A stretch of 64,000 nucleotides of DNA from Candidatus Moraniibacteriota bacterium. GTDB taxonomy: Bacteria; Patescibacteriota; Minisyncoccia; Moranbacterales; UBA2206. A program made the translations under genes and the position numbers. The DNA is taken from positions 75,690-139,689 of the forward strand of contig JBAQNM010000004.1 of NCBI GenBank assembly GCA_049303795.1. Direction: 5' to 3'. The notes under the pieces are model-generated. The model was not told the origin of the DNA and did not search any database. It saw nothing but the letters and a program-made list of their open reading frames with translations. Positions 47,905-57,101 of this stretch are shown piece after piece (the first letter of the stretch is position 1; every line of letters starts with the position of its first letter).

Positions 47905-48225
47905 TTAGTATCTTTTTCCACCAAAACCACCGTCAGATCCACCCGGTTTTCGGAAACCACCAGTTCTTGGTCTTTCCTCCATTGGGCGAGCTTCGTTAAC
48001 AGTCAAAGTTCTTCCTTCGAACTCTTTTCCGTCAAACATAGCGATAGCTTTTTGTGCTTCTTCATCAGAAGACATTTCCACGAAACCAAAACCTTTAGAA
48101 CGTCCAGACATTTTATCATTGATGATAATTGCTGTTTGAACTGCTCCAGCTTGAGAGAAATAATCCTTCAAACCGTCTTGGGTTGTGCTGTAGGATAAAC
48201 CTCCTACGTACAATTTTTGTGCCAT
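47905..48225 (-). CDS. RRM-type RNA-binding protein with Gly-rich tail
   Basis: RNP2 LYVGGLSY and RNP1 KGFGFVEM. C-terminal RGG/GGF-rich tail. Confidence 0.8.
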   Translation of the reverse strand: MAQKLYVGGLSYSTTQDGLKDYFSQAGAVQTAIIINDKMSGRSKGFGFVEMSSDEEAQKAIAMFDGKEFEGRTLTVNEARPMEERPRTGGFRKPGGSDGGFGGKRY

Positions 48226-48499
48226 TTTTTTGCCTTATATACTTGATTACGCATTGCAAGCCGACCTTCTCACTTAGCTTACTTCTCTGAAAACTGACGC
48301 TTTCAGTCTTTTTCCTTAGATTCACATATAAGGCAAAACCTGCTGAGAAAACTTACAATAGACACAGTATACACTATAATGAGAAAAAAATCAAGTGGCT
48401 GGGCAAGCCATACTCAAATCCAAAAAAGTTTAAAAAAAGCGCCGGTTAAAAATTTAACCTGGCGCTAATGTTCATAGGAGGGAATTTTTGTCATATACG

Positions 48500-49108
48500 T
48501 TACTCTGAGTTTGAATTTTTCATCTGAGAACATTCGGAACAAGAAAAATAACAAACTCCGTGATCCTCGGAATAATCAATACATTCTTTTATAAACTGAC
48601 AAAAGAAGTTTCTGTGTTTTTCCGCCTCATTCTCTTGAAGCGATCTACGCATAGGAATAATGGTTATTATTATTTCCGGATATCCAATAGGACTAAAATG
48701 CAAATTCTTGCTCTCATCAACTTTTCTTTTTCTAACCTTAACGCCTCTTGGCCGATTAGTCATTGGTTTTTTAATTTCCATCGGCGGAGTAGTTGCGCCT
48801 TGAGAGTTAACTTTTTCAATCACATTATTTCCCGCTTGATGTTCCATCGCTTCTTTAACCACAACTGGAGAAGGACTTGAATCATCAGATTCTTTTATCG
48901 TTCCTTGAGTGCAAGATCCTGTGTATAAGTTTGACATGAAATTTCTCACATTCATTCTTCCAACCAGTTCTCCCATTCCCTTGGGAAAACTTTTTTCTGC
49001 CCATTCCTGCAAACTCAAATTACTTTTGTTAAAATCCTTCCTCTCCTTAATCGAGAGGCAATCCGCTAAGCCTTGAACTTGATTTAGGACGTTCTTGTCG
49101 TCGACCAT
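48500..49108 (-). CDS. Hypothetical protein (202 aa) with C-terminal Cys cluster
   Basis: Long ORF. C-terminal CQFIKECIDYSEDHGVCYFSCSECSQ could bind zinc. Confidence 0.35.
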   Translation of the reverse strand: MVDDKNVLNQVQGLADCLSIKERKDFNKSNLSLQEWAEKSFPKGMGELVGRMNVRNFMSNLYTGSCTQGTIKESDDSSPSPVVVKEAMEHQAGNNVIEKVNSQGATTPPMEIKKPMTNRPRGVKVRKRKVDESKNLHFSPIGYPEIIITIIPMRRSLQENEAEKHRNFFCQFIKECIDYSEDHGVCYFSCSECSQMKNSNSE

Positions 49109-49220
49109 TTGTCACCCCCGCTTCTTTTTTATGATTAATTTCAGTTATGAATTATTTTAGGTACCAACTTATACATAACAAAAAACTACTAAATAGTCAA
49201 AGAAATTTATTTAACTTATT

Positions 49221-50819
49221 TTATTTTTTCATTCTCACTATTGCTAACTTTATTTTTTCATAACCAATACTGGCTGGCAGCTTAGCTTTAATTGGTGACA
49301 GTTTTTCTGTGCTTCCAATTTGAGAAACTACACGCGCGATTTTTTCTTCTTCAGAGGGAGAAAGAAAATCCTCTACTTTCAATTTTCCGCCTGAGGCATA
49401 CCAATCAATCAAGTGACCATAAATTGTTCTAATGCCCAATCCCCTGATTTTGGCAATTTTTTCGACGCTATATTTTTGCTCATATAGTTTCACGGTTTCT
49501 TTGATTGTGCCGGAAATGAATCCCTTCGATTTTTCGCCTTTAACCTTCTCGAATTTTTCTTGACCTTTAGTCGCTTTCCAATTTAGACAAACATCGCATC
49601 CGCGACAATTGCTCGGATGACTTAAAAGTTCCGGGTCATTAAAATATTCTAAAATCATCGTCCTGCGACATTTTTTACTAGTGGCATATTCCACCATCTT
49701 TTCCAAGCGATCATATTTTATATTCAAAATTTTCCACATTTCTGTTTGATCCTTGCCCTGATCCTGCATTTCACCTTTGCTCATGCGAATGAAAAATTTG
49801 TGCGTGTTAACATCTTTTTTAGCATGAAGCAAAACACAATAAGATTTTTCACCATCTCGCCCGGCACGTCCAGCTTCTTGATAGTAGCCTTCAAGACTCC
49901 CGGGCATACCTGAGTGGATGACAAAGCGGATGTCGGCTTTATCCACACCCATCCCAAAGGCCACGGTTGCCACAATCACCTGAAATTTATTTTCCATAAA
50001 ATCTTCTTGGACTTTTTCTCTTTTTTTCGCTTCCATCCCGGCGTGATAGGCTATCGCTTTGATCCCGTTTTCTTTTAGATATTTTGCAATAACTTCCGTT
50101 TCTTTTCTGGTGAGCGAATAAACAATCCCCGCGCCGGAAAGACTTTTTATAATGCGCAAAATTTCTTCATACCTTTCTTTGGTTTTCAAATCACACTGCA
50201 CTAGAAATTTCAAATTCGGCCGGTCAAATCCACGAATGAAAACTTTGGGATTTTTGAGCTCCAATCTTTCGATAATATCATCCTTCACTTCCGTTGTAGC
50301 CGTCGCCGTGAAAGCCGCCACAATCGGACGTTTTTTCAAATTACGAATATACTTTCTAATCTCCAAATAATCCGGCCGGAAATCATGTCCCCACTGCGAA
50401 ACACAATGTGCTTCGTCCACTGAAAACAAAAAAATGTCTAGCTCGGAAAAAAGTTTTTGAAATTGAGCATTACCAAAACGCTCAGGGGCAACATACAAAA
50501 TCTTGATTTGTCCGGTTTTTATTTTGACAATATTTTCCTGAATTTCTTCAAAGGTTAGTGAGCTATTGATAAAAACCGCCGGAATTCCTCGAGCATTGAG
50601 CGCATCCACCTGATCTTTCATCAGAGCAATCAGTGGAGAAATAACCACCGATAATTTATCCGCGATTATTGATGGCAACTGATAGCACAAGGATTTTCCC
50701 CCACCCGTTGGCATCAACGCAACTGTGTCATGCCCATTCATGATAGCTTCCACAATTTCTTTTTGCCCTGGACGAAACTGCGAAAAGTTAAAATATTTTT
50801 GTAAATTTTTTTCGAGCAT
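49221..50819 (-). CDS. recQ: ATP-dependent DNA helicase RecQ
   Basis: FRPGQKEIVEAIMNGHDTVALMPTGGGKSLCYQLP, DEAH box (FSVDEAHCVSQWGHDFR), Zn-binding Cys cluster and HRDC-like C-terminus. Start taken at the Met of MLEKNLQKYF. Confidence 0.85.
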   Translation of the reverse strand: MLEKNLQKYFNFSQFRPGQKEIVEAIMNGHDTVALMPTGGGKSLCYQLPSIIADKLSVVISPLIALMKDQVDALNARGIPAVFINSSLTFEEIQENIVKIKTGQIKILYVAPERFGNAQFQKLFSELDIFLFSVDEAHCVSQWGHDFRPDYLEIRKYIRNLKKRPIVAAFTATATTEVKDDIIERLELKNPKVFIRGFDRPNLKFLVQCDLKTKERYEEILRIIKSLSGAGIVYSLTRKETEVIAKYLKENGIKAIAYHAGMEAKKREKVQEDFMENKFQVIVATVAFGMGVDKADIRFVIHSGMPGSLEGYYQEAGRAGRDGEKSYCVLLHAKKDVNTHKFFIRMSKGEMQDQGKDQTEMWKILNIKYDRLEKMVEYATSKKCRRTMILEYFNDPELLSHPSNCRGCDVCLNWKATKGQEKFEKVKGEKSKGFISGTIKETVKLYEQKYSVEKIAKIRGLGIRTIYGHLIDWYASGGKLKVEDFLSPSEEEKIARVVSQIGSTEKLSPIKAKLPASIGYEKIKLAIVRMKK

Positions 50820-50839
50820 TGGTGTTTTTAAATTAACCT

Positions 50840-51832
50840 TTAAAATCCATTTATTCTTACTGATGTTCGTGCGCCACATCGAGTAATTTCAAAATTAGGA
50901 TCTTTTCTTTCAAGTTTTACCATCTTATTGCCCAGAATAGATCTGCTATATAAAATATAAGCATCATCAACAAGATATACGCCTAATTGGAATGAACCTT
51001 GTTGGCAATCAATAACTTGATCGTTTTTTTCCATATAACACAAAAATTCAACTATCCATTCTTCTGGAGTTTGACCAGATTCTCCTTGATATTGCTTTTC
51101 AGTTTGAATTAATTTTAGATATTTTTTTGGAGCATCATGTATTTCTAATTGTTTTCGACCATTAATTATTTTGCCTTTACCTTCTTCAGGCATATTCATA
51201 TCACCCTCTCTAAAAATAATTAAATAACCGGGAATTGATTTTTGAGCGTTAATAAGTTGTTTTTTTGTTTTCCCTTGATGATTTTCATAAGAGAAACCAT
51301 TAACATCATAAACTAACTCGTTTTTCTCATCAGCGTTAGCATACATTTCATTAATATAAACTGGCTCATTTATGTCCAAATCAAAAGGCATCAGTTCCTC
51401 AATTTTACTTTCTTTATTCCTTTTAACATAAAATAACTTTCCTTCTTTATGATGTTTGAGCAATTGCCTTTTGAGTGTTTCGATGAGCTTACTTAACGGC
51501 ATCGCAAACGGTACAATCTCAAGCTCTGTAAATCCTTGTTTCATCTTAGTTTCAAACATTTCTTTGTTTTTTAAGATGGCAGTTCTAATTTCATTCATCG
51601 TGGGCAGATCATAAGTTTGACCATCAATACCCAGAATTCTCATTTTGACATCCGTTCCGTCTATTTGAGTTTCATTGTTTTCATCAATCCAAGTTCTTGG
51701 CATGGGAGAAATTAATCCTAATTGATTGAGAATCTTAGCTTTATCTTCATACTGATTTTTCAGTTCTAAAGACAGCCATCTTTCTAGGGTGGATGGTTCT
51801 TGAGATTCTGGGTTGGGGAATTCGTGGGACAT
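50840..51832 (-). CDS. Paralogous family protein A (330 aa), unknown function
   Basis: N-terminal ~125 aa about 80% identical to 51861-52853 and 56025-57020 (STLERWLSLELKNQYE.KAKILNQLG.ISPMPRTWIDENNETQIDGTDVKMRI.GIDGQTYDLP). The C-terminal half is diverged; the C-terminus is GARTSVRINGF. Confidence 0.55.
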   Translation of the reverse strand: MSHEFPNPESQEPSTLERWLSLELKNQYEDKAKILNQLGLISPMPRTWIDENNETQIDGTDVKMRILGIDGQTYDLPTMNEIRTAILKNKEMFETKMKQGFTELEIVPFAMPLSKLIETLKRQLLKHHKEGKLFYVKRNKESKIEELMPFDLDINEPVYINEMYANADEKNELVYDVNGFSYENHQGKTKKQLINAQKSIPGYLIIFREGDMNMPEEGKGKIINGRKQLEIHDAPKKYLKLIQTEKQYQGESGQTPEEWIVEFLCYMEKNDQVIDCQQGSFQLGVYLVDDAYILYSRSILGNKMVKLERKDPNFEITRCGARTSVRINGF

Positions 51833-51860
51833 AGTTATTTTTTAAATATAAAAACTAGAT

Positions 51861-52853
51861 TTATAATACTCTTACGGACGAACGCGCACCATTGCCCTCA
51901 AACTGAAACCCCGGATTATTCCGATACAAGAAGGCCTGATGATTGTCTTGGTGCCAGCTAGTTGATGGAACAGCGACAGAAAGCGGGAAAAACCCACCCA
52001 ACTGGAAAGAAGCCTTGCTATTTCCCTGATAGTCATCGATTACTTGATTATGTTTTTCCAATGTAGTTAGAAATTTAGTAATCCATTCTTCCGGAGTTTG
52101 ACCTTGTTCATTTTGATACGCCCTTCCCGTTCTTAGAAACATTAGATAGTCATCAGGAGAAATATTAGCTTCCAACCTCTCCCTCCCGCTAATTACTTCC
52201 CCATGATTTCCTCTTGGAATATTCGGATTTTTTTCATTGAGCGTAATAATAAAACCTTTTTTACTTTCTTTTAAAATTTCTTTTTTGGTTTTTCCTTGAT
52301 GATTGTCTCTGATGAATTTTTTGGGATAATAGACTATCGTTCCTTCAGTGTCAGCATTATCATAACCTTCCCATTTGTTGATTGGGCCGCTTTCATCTAA
52401 TTCCAGTTTTTGCAGTGGTTCATTCTCATCATCAATGTTTTTCTTAGCCGTGAATAGCTTTCCCTCCTTATGATGTTTTAGAATAGTTCTTTCCATTGTT
52501 TTGATAAGCTGATCAAGTGGCATCGCGAAAGGTATGATGTTTAAATCAGTAAACCCTTGCTCCATCTTTTTTTCAAACATTTCTTTGTTTTCTAGAATGG
52601 CAGTTCTAATTTCATTCATCGTGGGCAGATCATAAGTTTGACCATCAATTCCCATAATTCTCATTTTAACATCCGTTCCGTCTATTTGAGTTTCATTATT
52701 TTCATCGATCCAAGTTCTAGGCATGGGAGAAATAATTCCAAGTTGATTGAGAATTTTGGCTTTAGATTCATATTGATTTTTCAGTTCTAAAGATAGCCAT
52801 CTTTCTAGGGTGGATAGTTCTTGAGATTCTGTTTTGGGAAATTCGTGGGACAT
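51861..52853 (-). CDS. Paralogous family protein B (330 aa), unknown function
   Basis: As for A; C-terminus GARSSVRVL. Confidence 0.55.
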   Translation of the reverse strand: MSHEFPKTESQELSTLERWLSLELKNQYESKAKILNQLGIISPMPRTWIDENNETQIDGTDVKMRIMGIDGQTYDLPTMNEIRTAILENKEMFEKKMEQGFTDLNIIPFAMPLDQLIKTMERTILKHHKEGKLFTAKKNIDDENEPLQKLELDESGPINKWEGYDNADTEGTIVYYPKKFIRDNHQGKTKKEILKESKKGFIITLNEKNPNIPRGNHGEVISGRERLEANISPDDYLMFLRTGRAYQNEQGQTPEEWITKFLTTLEKHNQVIDDYQGNSKASFQLGGFFPLSVAVPSTSWHQDNHQAFLYRNNPGFQFEGNGARSSVRVL

Positions 52854-52874
52854 AGAATTTTATCGCTAATTATT

Positions 52875-55800
52875 TTATTCTAAACTTTTGTGCCAAACAT
52901 GTTTTTCATAGAAATGAGGCTTGTTCAAATCTTCACCAGTATTAAGATCGTCATAAATTTTTGATTCCGGATCGCCAGAATTGTCATCCAATGCTCTCAG
53001 GCGAATCAGTTCAATTTGCTCATCCGTGTATTCTTCCGGCAAGTTTCCTTTTCCTATTGATCCGCCATGTTGTTCGGCAATGGCAATTGTTTTTATCGGA
53101 AGTCCTCTGAATATTTTTTCCACTCCAGTAAGAATTGCTTCAACTTGATCTTGGTCTTCCACGCCAGGAGCATAATAAATTCCATTAAGCAAAATTGCCA
53201 ATTTTCCTTCTTCATCAATTCCAAAACTTCCAAAAATGAAACCTAGATTTTCTTTGGCTTGTTTTTTTTGCTCCCCTTCTTGACTGGCTATCTCCGGCTC
53301 TTCTAGCGAAACAACGAAAGAAAGTGGATCGGCATTGATTGAAGCTACCCAATATTTGTTTTGAGTTTGAAACTGAATAGTCTGCTCATAATTAATGCTG
53401 GAAAAGCAACAGATTTTACTATCAGCAAAACGAACCATATTCATAAATCTTTCCGTCTTATCTAGATATTGCAAATTTAAAAGTTTGCGCTTTCGCATAT
53501 CTCCACCAATTGGTCTTTGGTAAGTTTTTGAATCGGTAATCGCCCGAAAAGGTCCCTGGAGATGACTTTCCATTTCCTGAATCAAATGCACATCGCTCTC
53601 CCTGAAACGTTCTTCACCCAAGGCTTGCATGGTGATGTAGGTGAAAATTGCGCTAGGCGATTTTTCTGTTAAGGCTAAAATTTCATTGCCCAGTTTTTCA
53701 ATTTCCGCTTCTTTTTCTTCCTTGCTCAAATGAGCAAATCTTTCTTGAATTTTTTCATCACCCAAAAGGCTTTTTTCTTTATCCAGCTCTTTCAATTCTT
53801 CTTCGATTTTCTGGATTTTTTCTTCCAGCTCTTTTTTGACACTTGCATTTTCTTGATTTTCTAGACCCTTCAAAAGATTGTTTCGCGCTTTTCTTTTTTT
53901 GTAAATATTTTTTTGGATGTTCGATTCTTTTTCATTTACACCTTTCAATATAACCAGCAACTCTTTTTTGATTTTTTTAAGATCGAGACGTTTCACGTCT
54001 AGTTTCGGCAAAATTTCTTCACCTCTCACTGGCACTGAATTTTCTGAAAAAACTTGGGCAAGCGAAACATCCAATACCATCTTTTCTCCCAAAGCTCTCC
54101 AAGTATCTTTCATCTCTACGTGCGCTCTTTCCCGAAATCCGGGAAAACCAGCTTCGATTTCATCTATCAGAGCCAAGCGATCGACAAAAGTTTGCGCGCC
54201 TTTCATTTTTTCGATTAAATTTTCATTCTTATCTTCTTCTAAATATTCACGATAAAACGGGAAAAGAAAAATAACGCCAAGTTGTCTGCGACCAAGTACT
54301 TGTCCAAGTTCCCGATTAGCATTCTCGACCAAGGCATTCTCTCGAACATCAAAACTAACTTCTTGCGAAGCTTGCTCTTTCGGCAAAGGAAATTTTCCTT
54401 GCCTTAGATTTTCAATTATTTTTTCCGCTTCTTCTTCCGTAATTCCATTTTCAATCAATGATTGCTTGAATTTTCTAATCGGTTTTTCGTGTATTTTCAA
54501 ATTATCAATCAATCCAATCATTTCTTTAAATTTATCAAAACCATAGTTGTTAATTAAGTTGAAACGATCATCTCCACCGTGAAGCAGATAATAAATCATA
54601 GCGTCATTTTCATTTTCGGAAAGTTTTTCTACCAGTTCGCGATTATTCTCTATCCCAGAAAACATCTCTTGACTCGCTTTTATTTTTTCAATTCTTTCCA
54701 CGAGTGGCGCGTCTTTCCATTTTTTGTCATTAGAGATAAAATTCAAAATTTCACGACTAGGCACTACACCTAAATCAGTGATAACACTTTTGACTATTTC
54801 CAGCGATTGCATTTCAGCTTCCACGCCATCTTTACACTTAGCCTTTTCTTCACTCCACCAAGTTTTGAGGTCTTGGGAAAGATAATTATTGTCAATTAAT
54901 TTTCCAAGGAGATAGACTGACAAATGACGATTGAGCTTTCTGTCTCCAGCCAATTTAAGTGCAATGTCATTCCCCCGCCAATCCTCAAAATTCTCCAAGA
55001 AAACCTTGAGAATTCTAGATAGATAATCTTGTTCTTTCTTTTCTTTTCCTTCTCCTTCTTCATCTCGAATAAGCTCTAGTAGCAATTGTCGGGAATCCTC
55101 ACCCAAACTGCCCAGAGCCTCACTCAAAAGTATGACAATTTGTTCGTCATTTTTTTCGCCTTTTGCAACTGTATCACGCAGTTCCTTATGCAGTCGCAAC
55201 CGCACATTTCTTCTTTGCACCTCTTCAAGACTCTTACTTTCAACAATTGATTGATGCAGAAATCTTGAAGTTGAAACATCAAAAATTTGTGAGATTATTT
55301 TTTTCTTTTCCTTAGGAATCAGATCCAGAAACTTGACCCTTTCCGCTTCAGGCAAAACCAAAGCATAACTTTCCAATAACTTAGCATCATTCAAAATCTC
55401 CTGAGCAATTCTCTCTTTTTCCGGCAGTGGCAATTTCTTTATTCGACGAAATTGGATTCCTAAAAGCGTTGCATCAGCAAAAAAACTAGCGGGTGTATCT
55501 TTGGGAATATCCTTGGATTTCTCTGTACATTCAGAGGCAGATTTCAATTCATCATCAAAATCCTCTCCGCATTGTTCTTTGGCTTTCGCGGATTGAGAAT
55601 ATAGATAAGCGGAAAAATTGGGAAACAAATTCTCATTTTCGCTAGCTTCATTGGAAAAATTTTCTGATTTTTTCTTCAAATCTTCTTTTGAATCTCCACT
55701 CTCTTTCCATTCTCCCTTAGCTTCCTGAAAAACGAGATTGAGTATTTTTTCCCAAGCGCGAAGCATCGCCTCATTGCCTGCTGGTTTTGACAAATTAAGC

Positions 55801-55940
55801 ATTTCGATTTTGAACCGTTGGCCTCTCTTTCGAAAATCAGCCCGCGCTTCAATCGAACGTTTTTCCTCCACGCTCAAAATTTCCGCTGGAGTTTCTTTTT
55901 TAGGAAAAAGTCTATTTATTTTTTGCTCAAATTTTAGCAT
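52875..55940 (-). CDS. Large hypothetical protein (1021 aa), charged/helical, unknown function
   Basis: Uninterrupted 3 kb ORF between paralogues B and C. No recognisable catalytic motif. Confidence 0.55.
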   Translation of the reverse strand: MLKFEQKINRLFPKKETPAEILSVEEKRSIEARADFRKRGQRFKIEMLNLSKPAGNEAMLRAWEKILNLVFQEAKGEWKESGDSKEDLKKKSENFSNEASENENLFPNFSAYLYSQSAKAKEQCGEDFDDELKSASECTEKSKDIPKDTPASFFADATLLGIQFRRIKKLPLPEKERIAQEILNDAKLLESYALVLPEAERVKFLDLIPKEKKKIISQIFDVSTSRFLHQSIVESKSLEEVQRRNVRLRLHKELRDTVAKGEKNDEQIVILLSEALGSLGEDSRQLLLELIRDEEGEGKEKKEQDYLSRILKVFLENFEDWRGNDIALKLAGDRKLNRHLSVYLLGKLIDNNYLSQDLKTWWSEEKAKCKDGVEAEMQSLEIVKSVITDLGVVPSREILNFISNDKKWKDAPLVERIEKIKASQEMFSGIENNRELVEKLSENENDAMIYYLLHGGDDRFNLINNYGFDKFKEMIGLIDNLKIHEKPIRKFKQSLIENGITEEEAEKIIENLRQGKFPLPKEQASQEVSFDVRENALVENANRELGQVLGRRQLGVIFLFPFYREYLEEDKNENLIEKMKGAQTFVDRLALIDEIEAGFPGFRERAHVEMKDTWRALGEKMVLDVSLAQVFSENSVPVRGEEILPKLDVKRLDLKKIKKELLVILKGVNEKESNIQKNIYKKRKARNNLLKGLENQENASVKKELEEKIQKIEEELKELDKEKSLLGDEKIQERFAHLSKEEKEAEIEKLGNEILALTEKSPSAIFTYITMQALGEERFRESDVHLIQEMESHLQGPFRAITDSKTYQRPIGGDMRKRKLLNLQYLDKTERFMNMVRFADSKICCFSSINYEQTIQFQTQNKYWVASINADPLSFVVSLEEPEIASQEGEQKKQAKENLGFIFGSFGIDEEGKLAILLNGIYYAPGVEDQDQVEAILTGVEKIFRGLPIKTIAIAEQHGGSIGKGNLPEEYTDEQIELIRLRALDDNSGDPESKIYDDLNTGEDLNKPHFYEKHVWHKSLE

Positions 55941-56024
55941 ATTATTTCAAAATTCGATTTAACTATTTTTTTATTTTTTATATTAAATTTTAAATCTAAG
56001 TTCTAATCTGCCAAAAAACAAAAA

Positions 56025-57020
56025 TCATAAAACCCTCACGGACGAACGCGCGCCATAGTCCCCATTCCGATACTCAGGATCGTACCTACCAAAATTGGCC
56101 CGCCGACCGGCGCGGAACCAGTAAGCATTCGGGACATTGCCAGAAAATGGAAAATATGCACCCAGTTGAAAAGAAGCTTTGCCGTTCCCCCTATAACCAT
56201 CAATCACTTGATTATACTTTTCCAACGTAGTCAGAAATTTAGCAATCCATTCTTCTGGAATTTGTCCTTGCTCGTTTTGGTATTGCGCTTCTGTCTGAAG
56301 CATTTCTAAGTAATCATTTGATGCTTTATTAGCTTCCAATCTTTTTCTCTCACCAATAATTTCATTTTGGTTTTCTTTTGGTATATTGGGATTTTTTTCA
56401 TTGAATGTAACAATAAAACCTTTTTTGGTTTTTTCAAGAATTTCTTTTTTAGTTTGGCCTTGATGATTGTCTCTGATGAATTTTTTGGGATAATAGACTA
56501 TTTTTCCTTCAGTGTCAGCGTTATCATAACCTTCCCATTTGTTAACTGGTTCACTCCCTAATTCTAATGGCTCTAACTTTTCATTTTCATCATCAATATT
56601 TTTCTTGAGCGTAAACAGTTTTCCTTCTTTGTGATGTTTAATCAAAGTTCTTTCCATTGTTTTAATAAGTTGATCAAGTGGCATGGCAAAAGGAATGATG
56701 TTTAAATCAGTAAATCCTTGCTTCATCTTTTTTTCAAACATTTCTTTGTTTTCCAGGATAGCAGTTTTGATTTCTTCCATTCTGGGTAAATCATAAGTTT
56801 GACCGTCAATTCCCAGAATTCTCATTTTGACATCCGTTCCATCAATTTGAGTTTCATTATTTTCATCAATCCAAGTTCTGGGCATTGGAGAGATAATCCC
56901 GAGTTGATTGAGAATTTTAGCTTTAGATTCATATTGATTTTTCAGTTCTAAAGACAGCCATCTTTCTAGGGTGGATTCTTGTTCATGGGATTTGATTGTT
57001 GGAGGAGTTTCGGGGAACAT
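56025..57020 (-). CDS. Paralogous family protein C (331 aa), unknown function
   Basis: As for A and B; C-terminus GARSSVRVL. Confidence 0.55.
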   Translation of the reverse strand: MFPETPPTIKSHEQESTLERWLSLELKNQYESKAKILNQLGIISPMPRTWIDENNETQIDGTDVKMRILGIDGQTYDLPRMEEIKTAILENKEMFEKKMKQGFTDLNIIPFAMPLDQLIKTMERTLIKHHKEGKLFTLKKNIDDENEKLEPLELGSEPVNKWEGYDNADTEGKIVYYPKKFIRDNHQGQTKKEILEKTKKGFIVTFNEKNPNIPKENQNEIIGERKRLEANKASNDYLEMLQTEAQYQNEQGQIPEEWIAKFLTTLEKYNQVIDGYRGNGKASFQLGAYFPFSGNVPNAYWFRAGRRANFGRYDPEYRNGDYGARSSVRVL

Positions 57021-57101
57021 AGGATTTTATTGTTAATTCAAATCTGTTTTATCATAAAAATAAAAGCATGTCTGTTTTAAAATTTTAGGAAAATAAATAC
57101 C

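Noticed and set aside
53917-54255. 112 aa + strand ORF inside the 1021 aa gene
   Set aside because: Antisense shadow. No start context.
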